In this document: positions 35,891 to 47,493 of the stretch, in pieces
Layout: each line of letters opens with the position of its first letter
How positions within the stretch are numbered: position 1 is the stretch's first letter
Source: Naegleria gruberi
Taxonomy: Eukaryota
Length of the DNA stretch: 64,000 bases
Direction: 5' to 3' (one strand)
Assembly: GCA_000004985.1 (NCBI GenBank)
Contig: GG738858.1
Notes under the pieces: generated by a model
The model's input: the letters and a program-made list of their open reading frames with translations, nothing else
Told to the model about the DNA's origin: nothing
The model's database searches: none
Translations under genes and position numbers: made by a program

Positions 35891-36318
35891 TTATTCCTTC
35901 TTTTGTTGATTTTCGAAAAGAATACCAGCTTGATATTTCCTGCCCAATTGATATAAACCAGTACATCCAACGAAGAAGTTGACAGCAAACAAACCCCAGT
36001 TCTTTGGAATAATTTGAGTACTATATCTACTCCAAATAAATCCAGTAACAGTAAGAGCTACATTTTGGTTAGTGGAAACCAATTCAGGTGGCTTTGATAA
36101 ATCGGAAATACCAGCGATCACAAGACCCCACTTGAAAACCTGTTAACAATTAAAATTGAATTAAATTTTTTAAAGAATATTTTCTCAACATACTGGTGCC
36201 CAAAAGTGAACTGTAAAATGATTAAATAACAAAGATCACACAATGATGATGTATTAAATATTTACCTGTTCTAATACCAGCTTCTCCGTACCAAAGGTAA
36301 TGACGGAAGTTGGCAAAC
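35891..36318 (-). CDS. mpc: Mitochondrial pyruvate carrier (MPC/BRP44 family). Three exons including a 17-nt micro-exon: join(36318..36246, 36210..36194, 36139..35891).
   Basis: The spliced protein reads '...GIRTVHFWAPVFKWGLVIAGISDLSKPPELVS...IPKNWGLFAVNFFVGCTGLYQLGRKY', matching MPC 'THFWGPVANWGLPIAA...'. Introns of 35 nt (GTAAAT...ttttacag) and 54 nt (GTATGT...gttaacag) keep the phases consistent. Confidence 0.85.
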
Positions 36319-37207
36319 TTTTGTCCGAATGAAGCCATTTTTTTATTGTTGATGTATTGATGAGAGGCCGCCTCTATGTAAAATGGCGAATATTGCAGAA
36401 TGAAAAGCAAGTGACGAGATAAAGCGAAAAATTGATTCTTCTATGTGAACACCTCCATAGAATGGATCAAACATTTGAATTGCAACATTGATTTTGATCC
36501 TTGACTTTCTGCTTCAATGGTTTAGTTAAAATTTGAAGGAAACAATGTACTGTTAGTGCTTTTCAAATATAGACTGTTGTTTAAAGTTTGTTTGTTGGCA
36601 TACAAATTGTCAAGTGATAAAGATTTATGATTTGAAACATCTCAATTATTATATCTATCATTATAAATTCGGTCAAGACACCTCTATCACAAAAGATGAC
36701 AGAGAAATTGTTTCACGTTTTGGATGTCATTGTATATTTGAAAAGTTCTCTATTCTCTTAGTTTCGACCAAATTGAAGCACTTAGAGATTGCACACAATA
36801 CCACCAATACACGCATCTCGTTACCACTATTGGAGGATCAACAAAGAGCACGTTGGCCATTTCCCTGACCAGTGTTGCTCTTTGAGTCTGCAAGCTTCTC
36901 TTGTTGCTTGTTCAACAAGAAAAATTAAAACACTAACTGTTGTAAAGATATTCAGGCGCCATTTTCGAAAAAAATATTAGAGATCCAATTATTAGAGAGT
37001 GAAGTCATCAGCGCGTCGTTAAAATTCCACCACAATTCCCTCTTGCCCTTCACCACCATCCACTTCCTTTATTTCTTTTCGTGAATAACACACTACTTCC
37101 TGCCGCGGCTAATTCTTCATCTTATTGCTGCTCATCCTTCCTACCACAACAACAAAAATTAAATTCTTGAAAACTACAACAACTACTGCACCTCCTACAA
37201 CAACACG

Positions 37208-39919
37208 ATGAACAACATTCCAAACCCTTCTGTTCCACTCTCCAATTCAATCACCCCTAAAACTAACAATGGAACAACATCTTCTAATGTTGAACAAAAG
37301 AAGAAGCTTATTAGACACAATAGAACCACTTTAAGAAAGAAACCTTCTTCTTCTACCTCTCCTAATGGTACCAACCACAGCGTATCACCATCCAATGGTG
37401 GTAGTAACGCTTCGTCACCACCAAGAAATATGATTACATCTCCTTTAAATTTTGTTGCTATTAATCAAAACCAAGGTACTACACCATCTAAAGTTATCCA
37501 CTTTAGAAGAATTCCTATCGATACTACCCAAAATGATTTGATGAATATGTGCCAACCTTTTGGTACTGTAACAAACATTTTGCTTTTAAAGAATGGACAA
37601 GGATTGGTTCAATTTGCTGAAGTGGATGGAGCAATAAGTTTGATAGAATCTTTCAACAATAATCCTGATTCACCATCATTTGTTATAAGAGATACTAAAG
37701 TATACCCAAATTATAGCAGCCACACAGAATTATCAAAAGGATTAATTTCTAAATCTGATAATGGTCTTGCAAATAATGGAAAACAACAAGATCCAAACCA
37801 CATTCTATTAGTTACTATTAGCAAGTCTAAATCCACTGATGTTAACATTGATTCCCTCCATGAAATCTTCTCACTTAAAGGTTCTTGTTCAATTGAAAAG
37901 ATTGTAATGTTTAACAAGACAGCAGGTTTGCAAGCTTTAATTCAATACAAGAATGTTAATGATGCGCTAGAAGCAAGAAAAAAGCTTCAAGGAGAGACAC
38001 CATTCTCAACAAGTGAAAACTTGTTAATCCAATTTTCCAATCTAAAAGATCTTACCGTTCACCAAAACAGTGATAAAGCCAGAGATTACACAAAACCACC
38101 ACAACAACCCCAATCAAGCGTTTCCTCTCCAACAACTACCAACACTACAAATTCTACTAATACGGTCGCGGTTTCTTCAACCCTACCATCTACAAATAAT
38201 GCACCAACAACAGTAATGAAGAGAAGTGTAGCTGCTAACGTTCCAACTACAACAATTTCACCACAACAACCTCTTGTACAACAATTACAAGACCAACGTA
38301 GCCGCAGTAATTCTACTTCATCTGGAGCATTTGAACATGTTCAACATCAAGTTGTTATGCATCCAACACAACATGTTCCTCCAAACAATACTCCTATTTC
38401 CTTTATGAATAACCTTCCAACTTCTGCCATTAACAACTCACCTAATGTTACAAACACAAATAACTCAAATTCTCGTGTTTCAATGACTCATTTACCTGAT
38501 AATAATGCCAATCTCATGAGTGCTAGCTTCTTTTCATATGCACCTTTTGCTCCTCACAGAGAAACCTTTGGAGCATTCTCTCCTACAATACCATCTGCTC
38601 ATCATACGGCCCACTCTACAAATCATCAAAGTAATGGAAATCCTCACCATCCACATAATCATCATCATCACCATCATCCAACTAACTCGGTTCAAAATCA
38701 ATTTTTGAATCATTCTTTCCTATCTCCAACAACACTTAACCAAACATTCAATGATAAAATTGTAATGTCTCCTAATGGTGTTGTAGTTCAAATGCCAGAT
38801 AAGCTTGTTATGACTAATGTTGTTCAAAACCCAAGTTCCAACCCTAATGGTCAATATCACTTGTTGAATGGTGGATTTACTCATATGCAAAATTCCATCA
38901 GAAATGGTACTCCAAACACTGCCCCAAAGAATACTACTAATGGTACCCTTAATGGTATTATTTCTGCTCCATCATCTAGTTTATCAATTTCAAATGAAAA
39001 TGGTTCCTCTCACCAAATTCGTTTGAATTTGCAACCAAACAACCAACCTCCAACCAACCCTACTAGATCTCAACCTTCTTTGGGAACTATTGGTTCAAGT
39101 AGATTGCTTTCAAATCCTCAAACAACCTTACATACTCCAACTGAAGAAACAAATAGTATCGAAGAAGAAATGGCATCTGAAGAAAACATTGATGACCAAG
39201 AAGATGAAACTGCTGAAGAAGGTGATGATTCAAGGGATAATGGTGCTAATAATGAAAAATCATCAGTCCTTTTAGTTTCAAACTTTAATGATAAGAAGAT
39301 GAATTGTGATTTGTTATTCAATCTCTTCTCTTGTTATGGTTACATTCACAGAATCAAGATTTTCAAGACCAAGCCTGATCATGCTTTGGTTCAAATGGCA
39401 TCACACAAACAAGCACTTAATGCTATTAGCAGTTTGAAGGGTGTCCAAATATTTGGAAAAACATTATCAGTTAACTTTTCCAAGCACACTTTTATTAATA
39501 CCAATAAGAGTGATAACAATATGAAAGATTTTACAAAGACAAATCTTAATAGATTCCCAAGAGGTGCTTCTACTAGTCAAACCTCTCCTTCCTCCAACAA
39601 CTCACTCACAAATGGAAAGCAACACAATAAGCTTTATATGTGCCAACCAACTCATACCCTTCATATTTCAAATGTTCCATTTGAGAAAGATGAAAAAGGA
39701 AAGGAAATTCTTACAAACATTTTCTCACAATTTGGTGAAATTGAAGGTTTGAGAGTTTTCAGACATAATGACAAACCTATGGCCTTAATCAAATTCAAAA
39801 CAATCACTTCAGCTGCTGAAGCTCTTGCAACTCTTCATAACGAAACTATTTCTGGCAAACACATGAAGGTTGCCTTCTCCCTCAATTCTGTTATTCCTCA
39901 AAATAATAACAAGAAATAA
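37208..39919 (+). CDS. Polypyrimidine-tract-binding protein (PTB/hnRNP I/L family) with four RRMs.
   Basis: RRM1 'KVIHFRRIPIDTTQNDLMNMCQPFGTVTNILLLKNGQGLVQFAEV' and RRM2 '...KNVNDALEARKKLQGE' are PTB-like. RRM3 and RRM4 are 'LLVSNFNDKKMNCDLLFNLFSCYGYIHRIKIF' and 'LHISNVPFEKDE...FSQFGEIEGLRVF'. Single exon. Confidence 0.85.
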   Translation: MNNIPNPSVPLSNSITPKTNNGTTSSNVEQKKKLIRHNRTTLRKKPSSSTSPNGTNHSVSPSNGGSNASSPPRNMITSPLNFVAINQNQGTTPSKVIHFRRIPIDTTQNDLMNMCQPFGTVTNILLLKNGQGLVQFAEVDGAISLIESFNNNPDSPSFVIRDTKVYPNYSSHTELSKGLISKSDNGLANNGKQQDPNHILLVTISKSKSTDVNIDSLHEIFSLKGSCSIEKIVMFNKTAGLQALIQYKNVNDALEARKKLQGETPFSTSENLLIQFSNLKDLTVHQNSDKARDYTKPPQQPQSSVSSPTTTNTTNSTNTVAVSSTLPSTNNAPTTVMKRSVAANVPTTTISPQQPLVQQLQDQRSRSNSTSSGAFEHVQHQVVMHPTQHVPPNNTPISFMNNLPTSAINNSPNVTNTNNSNSRVSMTHLPDNNANLMSASFFSYAPFAPHRETFGAFSPTIPSAHHTAHSTNHQSNGNPHHPHNHHHHHHPTNSVQNQFLNHSFLSPTTLNQTFNDKIVMSPNGVVVQMPDKLVMTNVVQNPSSNPNGQYHLLNGGFTHMQNSIRNGTPNTAPKNTTNGTLNGIISAPSSSLSISNENGSSHQIRLNLQPNNQPPTNPTRSQPSLGTIGSSRLLSNPQTTLHTPTEETNSIEEEMASEENIDDQEDETAEEGDDSRDNGANNEKSSVLLVSNFNDKKMNCDLLFNLFSCYGYIHRIKIFKTKPDHALVQMASHKQALNAISSLKGVQIFGKTLSVNFSKHTFINTNKSDNNMKDFTKTNLNRFPRGASTSQTSPSSNNSLTNGKQHNKLYMCQPTHTLHISNVPFEKDEKGKEILTNIFSQFGEIEGLRVFRHNDKPMALIKFKTITSAAEALATLHNETISGKHMKVAFSLNSVIPQNNNKK

Positions 39920-40006
39920 TTTTCTTTCACAATTAATCATGACTGAAACATTATGTGGTGGTAATGTTTTCAGTCTTTTCAATAAAAATTTAAAATTTAA
40001 TTTTTA

Positions 40007-40804
40007 TTAATCAAATGTTATCTTCTTTCTTCCATATCTTGTGTAATGAGAATTAAAAGTTTCCAATGTTTGTCTTGAACCATATTCACCATTTGTTAGT
40101 TGATTCAAATCTTCTTTTGCCTTTCCATCTAACTTTCTTGTCATCATTGTATTAAAAGTTGTTTCAAATTGAGCATCATACTCATGTTCATGAGGAGTCG
40201 GTTTTGTTTTTGTTGCTTTAAAAGTTTCATCAATTTCCCTCTTTGTTTGAAGTTTCTTGTTATATAGATCCGATGTTTGAGCAGTTGTATAGGGATTAAG
40301 GGTATATTTCTTTCTATCTATTTCCTCTAATTGTGATTCATTCTTTTTCTTATCGACATGAAGGGTATTTGGATTAATTTTTTGGGGTGGTAAGGCATGA
40401 ACATAATAACTTTCTAACTTGGTTTTCTTTTTTGATGGAGATGGCACACGATTAAGAAGATGAGGTGGTTTAGGAAGTAATTCTTCGGAATTTAAAGCTC
40501 TCCTAACAGTTGCTGAATTTAAATGATCTCCTGTATAATTTAAATGTTGATGTTGTTTTTCGTGTGTCATTTCTGTTGCTCTATTCTCAAGTCGCTTATG
40601 CTCATCATCCACAAGGAAATCAAAATTCTGATTCCAAGCATTTCTACGAGATAATGAGTAAGATCCTACTCATCACAACACTTACCGAATGACTGATTCA
40701 TTCTTTATTGAATTTCTCCAAATTCTATCATTATTTACAATTAGTGAGGGATCCACATCTTTCCATCTCAAACCAAAGGTTCCATTTTCTTTATCCTTGC
40801 TCAT
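40007..40804 (-). CDS. Hypothetical protein. Two exons: join(40804..40686, 40644..40007).
   Basis: Exon 1 'MSKDKENGTFGLRWKDVDPSLIVNNDRIWRNSIKNESVI' ends at a GTAAGT donor. A 41-nt intron ends at 'ctcgtag' and continues in phase into the 201-aa ORF. Confidence 0.5.
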
Positions 40805-40930
40805 CTTTTTTTTTAATTGGTATTAGTGTTAAGCATCATCACTTCATTTTGATGTAACGGTCAGAGATGAAAAATCGCTGTAGATTTGTTTTGGCGGCTA
40901 AAATAAGATAACCCTTCTTGATTCGAGATA

Positions 40931-41386
40931 TTAAAGGGCAAGCTCTCTCTCAAGATTTTCCCCTTTTCCATTATAAAAGTATCCCTTCCATACTTTACCA
41001 TCATCACTTGTAAAACGACCTCTTCCGTGCATCTTATTATTCACCCAAGTTCCTTCATAACGTTGAGTCTTGTTTGGCCATGTATAAATTCCATTACCTT
41101 CCATCAATCCCTTTACAAAATCACCTTCATATTGAGATCCGTTTGCCCAAGACATCTTTCCTTTACCATGCATTAAATCATTCTCAAAGTGTCCTTCATA
41201 AACATTTGATCCATCTTTATAAATTCCGAATCCATGTTTTTGTTTTTGATTTGTTTCTTCATTAAGCATCCACTCTCCATCATAGATGATATCATCATTG
41301 TAGTAAAACAGTGCCTTGCCAGTTTTTTCTTCTTCTGGTACAACGTTCTTACCTGCAACAGGCTTCTTCTTTGGATCTTTGGACAT
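40931..41386 (-). CDS. MORN-repeat protein.
   Basis: Repeated 'YEGxFxNDxxHGxGxxxxxxGxxYEGxWxxxKxHGxG' units (MORN motif). Confidence 0.75.
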   Translation of the reverse strand: MSKDPKKKPVAGKNVVPEEEKTGKALFYYNDDIIYDGEWMLNEETNQKQKHGFGIYKDGSNVYEGHFENDLMHGKGKMSWANGSQYEGDFVKGLMEGNGIYTWPNKTQRYEGTWVNNKMHGRGRFTSDDGKVWKGYFYNGKGENLERELAL

Positions 41387-41619
41387 TTTTCTTGGGTTTG
41401 TTTTTGGAGGTAAAATGCAAATACAATAATTTTTACATCACTTTCCATCATAACATCCAGGTGCACTGCGTATTCTCTTCATGTATTAACTATTGAAGAA
41501 TAGTATTAAAGAACATACTTTGGAAAATACTGTTATGATAACCTTCCTGATAAAGACCAACAAAGTAAATATTCTAATTTTTACTCAACTTAAAAAAAAT
41601 ATCAAAATTGTACAACAAC

Positions 41620-42371
41620 ATGTCATCATCTGAGGAGGAACCAATGAAAAAGTCCGTCAAGGGTATACTCAAGAAATATAAAGATAATAAGAGGAGGTAT
41701 GATTAAATAATAATAATATTATTGATGGATTAATATTTTCTAGTCAAATAACATTTCAATTTGATGAACAAAATCTTCAAGAGAATGAACATATCAAGAA
41801 ATTAATTAAAGAAAATTGTCAAACAATTAATGAAGCAAAAACACCATATAGATATAATTTTGATTCCGATTCGGAAGGAGAAAGTGATCCTAACATTCCT
41901 AGGAGAATGACTCCTGTTGAACATATGGATAGAATTAGTAGTGCTTTGGAACGAAAATTAGAAAATCTAAAATGTGGAAGTGATGAAGAAAGTAATGATC
42001 ATACTATGAATACAACAGATGATCATCATGTAACACCAACAAAATCAATTCCGATCAATAGACAGATTATTGAAGATAACGAATACGGAAGTTATTCACC
42101 AAAATTTGGAGAATTAATAATACCTAATGATCTTAATGGACATTCACCAAACAAACATATTGGATTTTCAATGGAAAACCCTTCACCATCATCATCTATG
42201 GAAACTAAACCTGAAGGGGATCATGAGCATGAAACCCCTGAATTCAAGCAAAAGAGAAAAGAACATTACAATGAATATTTAGTAATGAAGAGAGCAAGAG
42301 AAAGAAATCAACAATTTTTCAAAAATGGTGAAGTAAGCGAGGATGAAAGTGATAGCAGTGATGACGAATAA
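41620..42371 (+). CDS. Protein phosphatase-1 inhibitor-2 (IPP-2) homologue. Two exons: join(41620..41696, 41744..42371).
   Basis: 'KGILKKYKDNKRR|SQITFQFDEQNL...EAKTPY...RKEHYNEYLVMKRARE' matches I-2 'KGILK...KIDEPSTPY...HYNE'. The 47-nt intron runs GTATGA...ttttctag in phase 2. Confidence 0.7.
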
Positions 42372-42589
42372 TTTTAGAATGAAGTTTCTAATAGATTCAA
42401 GATGTTTTTAATTTCAGATGATTTGATTTCTTTTGATTTTAAGCTGATACATTTAACAAATTCTTTTTGCAACAATTGGAATGGATTATCATTAGCAAAT
42501 CTATAAATTATCAATCTTAATGCGTTTAGTTTTTCATTTGGTGTTCATTAATATGTAAATCTTAAAATCTTATCTTTTTCATTATTAAT

Positions 42590-43510
42590 TTATATTGCAT
42601 CGATTTTGATATTTTCAAATAACTCATATCTTGCAATAACATCTTCTCTTTGTAATAATTTTGAAAAAAAGATAAATAATCTCTTAATATTCTCATTAAC
42701 TTCAAAGCAACACATCTTCAAAAGCTCATCACCTGTGTAGAGAAGGTCAATATGGTAGGGACGAACTATACCTTTATAACTAAGCTGAACAACAGTTCCT
42801 CCTTCCACGACTAATTGAGGAGCTTCTTTACCTTCTTTAGTCAACTGGCAGATGGTCCTAGATATACTTAATCTTAAATGAATTTGAGAAGCATTAATGG
42901 TGATTAATTTTAACTTTGGAAAAAGTGAAACATCAAATTCTTTAACATTCCAACAACCTTTCAATGAAATTTTCTCTAAATTTGGGTAATTGTAAATTAT
43001 TTTCATAAATGAATAATCATTCAATTTGTGAAAGCCATCCAAAATCAACACTTTCAAATTTTCAAATCCCTTATGTAAATTCAATGTCATATTGTTACAA
43101 ATCATATCTTGTCTTTCAAATTCAGCTTGTATTCCAGGATCATTCTCCAAAATCATTCCATCAGTCAACTCAATCCTTTGAAAGTTTGGATACTTTAAAA
43201 ATGCTCCCTTATTGATTCCTGTATTTATCTTTTGTATCTTTAGAACCAAACTTTCAGAAAATAAACAAGATAAATCCAAGATGGAAACTCCATATTTAAT
43301 TCCATCATGCAAGAGTCTGTTTTTACATCTTGTTTGTGTCCATTTCTTTCCTATTTCCTTTAACTGTTCTTTAGGATCCGAACTTTTAAAATAATGGATT
43401 ACAGTTGCTAACCATTTGGATTGATCAATCGAAGATAATTGAAAAGGTTCAAAGAAGGAGAAAATAAGAGCCCACACTTCAGATGGAAGCTGCAAAGCTC
43501 TTCTTGGCAT
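42590..43510 (-). CDS. F-box/LRR protein.
   Basis: N-terminal F-box-like segment 'LPSEVWALIFSFFEPFQLSSI', followed by LRR-like repeats. Confidence 0.65.
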   Translation of the reverse strand: MPRRALQLPSEVWALIFSFFEPFQLSSIDQSKWLATVIHYFKSSDPKEQLKEIGKKWTQTRCKNRLLHDGIKYGVSILDLSCLFSESLVLKIQKINTGINKGAFLKYPNFQRIELTDGMILENDPGIQAEFERQDMICNNMTLNLHKGFENLKVLILDGFHKLNDYSFMKIIYNYPNLEKISLKGCWNVKEFDVSLFPKLKLITINASQIHLRLSISRTICQLTKEGKEAPQLVVEGGTVVQLSYKGIVRPYHIDLLYTGDELLKMCCFEVNENIKRLFIFFSKLLQREDVIARYELFENIKIDAI

Positions 43511-43776
43511 TTTTTCAAAGGTTTTCGATCAGATTTAACTTGGATTGACTTTTAAACTCTAAAAGAATGTTGTAAAACTGTAACACATTATTTGTTGTAA
43601 AGTGTTTAGCAAGTTAACAGTTCCATAATTTCCTCTATTGATTCTGAAAGTTGAATGAATTCAGGTCCGTAATCTCTAGTTAAATTATCAATCCGCAACC
43701 TTACTCCTAATCCATCTAATCCATGAAGGCAACTTGTTGCCAATAATAAAAATTACATAAAGAATTAATTAAAAAA

Positions 43777-44226
43777 ATGATGAAATCAGTACTCAATAAG
43801 TTGAAGGGTCCAACTTCCGAGTTGATACACAACAAGACATTTCAAAATTCAAATATTATGATCACAAGAACATTTAAATGTAATTTAATTCAATTAAAAG
43901 TGGATAATCAAGGGAAGGAAAATAATTATTTTATTGCTTCAAGCCAACTGCGAATTTATCCCGATAATTTTTCATACCCTCTAGATGATAATGGAAATTA
44001 TGCAATTTTACAATTTTCCAAAGATTCAGAGAGTGGTGTGTATGAATTTTATCATGTTGAAGTACCAGTAGCTTTCAAAGGAAAGGGAATTGCAATGCCG
44101 TTTGCAAAGGCTTGTTTTGATCATGCACTGGAAAATAATTGGAAGGTCAAGGTAACTTGTACCTATTTGAAGTGGAAGTTTTTAGAGAAGTATTATGATA
44201 CTTACGAGAGAATTCTCGTAGACTAG
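43777..44226 (+). CDS. GNAT-fold N-acetyltransferase, NATD1/YitI-like (Acetyltransf_CG).
   Basis: 'YEFYHVEVPVAFKGKGIAMPFAKACFDHALENNWKVKVTCTYL' fits the NATD1-family core. Confidence 0.6.
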   Translation: MMKSVLNKLKGPTSELIHNKTFQNSNIMITRTFKCNLIQLKVDNQGKENNYFIASSQLRIYPDNFSYPLDDNGNYAILQFSKDSESGVYEFYHVEVPVAFKGKGIAMPFAKACFDHALENNWKVKVTCTYLKWKFLEKYYDTYERILVD

Positions 44227-44690
44227 GTGTTGAGAACTCATTTAACATCCTCTTCAATTACCACTTCGACTGGGCTAGAAAGAGATCAAAACAGTAGAAA
44301 TTTCAATTCAAGATACAAAAAGAATTGGGCTTGGGAACGATAATTATGAGAGCCGTTTCTATGATGGAAACGATGGAATATACAACACCACAATTTGGAT
44401 ATCCTAACTTTGTTAAATATTATCATTAAATATTGTTGTTACAATACTGTTAAACCAAGGTACCAACCAGCTGTTGTTTTTCCTGTTACGCGAAGAAAAG
44501 CGCTAAAAAACGCCGAAAACGTTACAAATTTATTCGACCAATCCAGCTGGGTTGTATTACAAAAAAATATTGTAACTGCCGTGTGCAGCCTATTGCTATC
44601 ATCATCCTCATCTAGTTACAACTCTTGTAACAAAACAAATAATTCCTGATTCAAAAGTAGTACACACAACATCAAAATAATTTAAACATC

Positions 44691-47406
44691 ATGAGTAGTA
44701 GTAAGGATAATTCATTACCTGTTCGGGAGGAAGAAGAAATGATGAACATGGACCACGAAGATGATGATGAAGAAGATGAAGAAGAAGAAATGATGGACCC
44801 TAACACTGCAGCCCAACATCACTTGTACCAAATGCAAGCTATGCAACAAGCAGGATATCCAATGCCAACACATGGAGAGATGGACCCTAACACTGCTGCA
44901 GCCTATGGTGTACATCCAGGATATTCGGGAATGGATTACTCAGCAGCTGCAGCCTACGGTGTTGATTATCAAATGCAACAATTATATTATCAACAGAGTA
45001 TGCAACGTTTCCTATCTTCTCTTCCTCCTTCACAACAACAACAATACCTTGCTCAAATGCAACAACAACAGAGAAATCCACAAATGATGAAAGCCTATGC
45101 AACTTCGGCCGCTACTCAACAAAAGTATTCCACAGCATCAACACCTTCCGGTTATGTTGCTTCATCAAGTGTTGATCCATCTGTTGCTCCTCCTTCACCT
45201 GAAAATTCATCACTCACTCCAGAGGATGGTGGAAAGAAGAAGAGAGGTAGAAAGAATAATGCTGATGGTGAAGGTAAAAAAGGTGAAAAGGCTAGACAAC
45301 GTGCCGTCAGACATAACTGGACTCAAGCTCAAGATGATGCTCTCAAGAAGGCCATTAATTCACAACAATACAGCGAAAATGGTCAAAAGATTCGATGGAC
45401 AAAGATTTCACAAGAAGTTTTCGGAAGCAAATTAACACCACANNNNNNNNNNNNNNNNNNNNNNNNNNNNNNNNNNNNNNNNNNNNNNNNNNGCTGCATC
45501 TGCAACAGGTGGAACAACTACAGGAAGTAGTAGTGCAACAACTCCAACACCAACCAAGTCAAAAAAGAAGAAGGAAGCTGCTTCTGAAGATGCTGTAGAA
45601 GGTGAAGATGGCAAGAAAAAGAAGAGTAAGAAAAAGGCAACAACCACTAAGAAGAAGAAAAAGAAAAAGGGTGAAGAAGAAAGTGAACCTGAAGAGGAAG
45701 AAAGTGCAAAGAGGAAGAAACTTGAAGATGATTCAAGTACTAGAGGAAAGAATTATAGTAGAAGAAAGAGTGCAAATCCAAGAAAGGGAAATGTCAGCGT
45801 TATTTTCTCTTCTGAAACAGTTAGTGTTAAACAAGAATCAGATGTATCCATTGACCCTATTTTAGGAGCTGCTTCAAGTATTGAACATACTGAAACAGCA
45901 CTTTTTGGAGAAAAGAAGAGACCTAAGGTTTATCTTTCAAGAAAAGTTCCAAAGAAAAATAGAAATGCTAAATATATTAATGTGGATGATGTCATGAATC
46001 ACATCTATGAAACTAATCCTCAAGAGAAATATGTTTCAATTAGTATTAAGAGTGCTGATATTTTCCGTAATTTCCAACCTATTCCAAACCACCCACTCAA
46101 AGTTGATTGCCTTCTTGGTTTATATTTCGGTACCAATGAAAGAAATATTTGTCTTTCATCTTATAGAACCATGGTAGAAAATGAACAATTTGGTCAATTG
46201 GATGTTAGCTTCCCAACTAATTTGGTTTCTTTCTTCTCAAAGTGTAGACTGAGAAGAAATACTAAGAATTCTCTTTTCCTTTGTGTTGCTCTTAGACAAG
46301 CTGCTTTAGTTCAATCTCTTGATGATGATCCTAGTAGTCAAACCATCCCTCTTTACTGGGATAAGCACAATTATGGAGCAACCGTTTTCTCCTCCCATGC
46401 CTTTGTTGGTTTCTTCTCTGGGCAATATCCTGTCCAATTAAGAACAGCAACTGGAATTTTACTTCAATCTCCACTGACCATCAATGTTAAATTCTCTGAC
46501 TCAACAGATAAGTTGAGTGATTATCCTCTTGAACTTTCTAAGGTTCACTATAGAGAAGTTTCCAATCAATCCAATCTTGCTTCCACCTCTAATACTCAAA
46601 TTAATCCATTAATACTAGGTAGTGAAACTCTGGATCAAAAAGATGATATTCTCCAACTTCACTATATGGTGTATAAGGTCAACTACATAAATACTCATAA
46701 CAGAGGTGTAGAAAGACTTTGGCTACGCTGGGATATGAATTGTCCATTAGAAGATGATTTTGAAGTCAACAATATGATGATTATGGGAACAAACACAGAT
46801 GAAGATACCTTCGCTCAACTCAAGAAACATCTTACAGAAAAACATGGTGATAGATTTGAGATTCAATTTGAAGGTAGAGAAGGTGAAGGAGAAACTGGAT
46901 CATACATTATCAGCATGAATCAATACAAGCACTGGTATCAAAATTATCAATACATGGACAGAAAGAGATTGATGCTTTTGGATCCATCAACAATGGATGT
47001 CAATCAACTTACTCATATTCAAAAACAATTTATGGATGTTTGGAATAGTTATCTATTGGAAAATTTCAAATTATTAATGACAGAAAACGAAGCTCATGAT
47101 GCTTGCCGTAATCTTTACATTAATGAAAGATCCAAGTTGGATGCTGATGAAATGAAAGAAATTCTTGCCCATCAATTCTTAAGATTGACCAGTTTGAATG
47201 TAATATCTATTGAACATTTTATGAATCTTTTGGGAGAAGCTAAGATTCCACTTACCTCAGCCCTAGAACAACAATTACAACATATTCAACAAATGCAACA
47301 AATACAACAACAAACTATCAATCAGAATATGCAATATGCTCAAATGGTAAATCAGTTAAGTGATCAACAACCTGAAGAAGAGGAAGAGGATGAAGAAGAT
47401 GAATAA
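44691..47406 (+). CDS. Myb/SANT-domain protein with an acidic, poly-Q N-terminus, a K/E-rich linker and a large conserved C-terminal domain. It spans a 50-N gap.
   Basis: Myb-like segment 'RAVRHNWTQAQDDALKKAI...WTKISQEV'. The frame is 0 before the gap and 1 after it. The post-gap frame is continuously open from 45493 to 47406. The ORF track began it only at GTG 45982 because there is no in-frame start codon after the gap. Confidence 0.55.
45443..45492. other. Assembly gap (50 N) inside a coding region.
   Basis: A run of n characters. The flanking frames differ by 1. Confidence 1.
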
Positions 47407-47493
47407 ACATTTTTGAAAAGTTCATAATTAATAGATATCAACAACTGTTCAGTTACATTTTATTGTTGCACCAATTTTTCTTTTTTGAAAAAA

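Noticed and set aside
36614-36980. Small plus-strand ORFs (84 and 63 aa) between the MPC and PTB genes.
   Set aside because: They are short and start on non-ATG codons in the ORF track. No domain, and they lie in a probable UTR or non-coding region.
41173-41466. 97-aa minus-strand ORF overlapping the MORN gene in another frame.
   Set aside because: It is an out-of-frame reading of the MORN coding sequence. The MORN frame has clear repeat homology.
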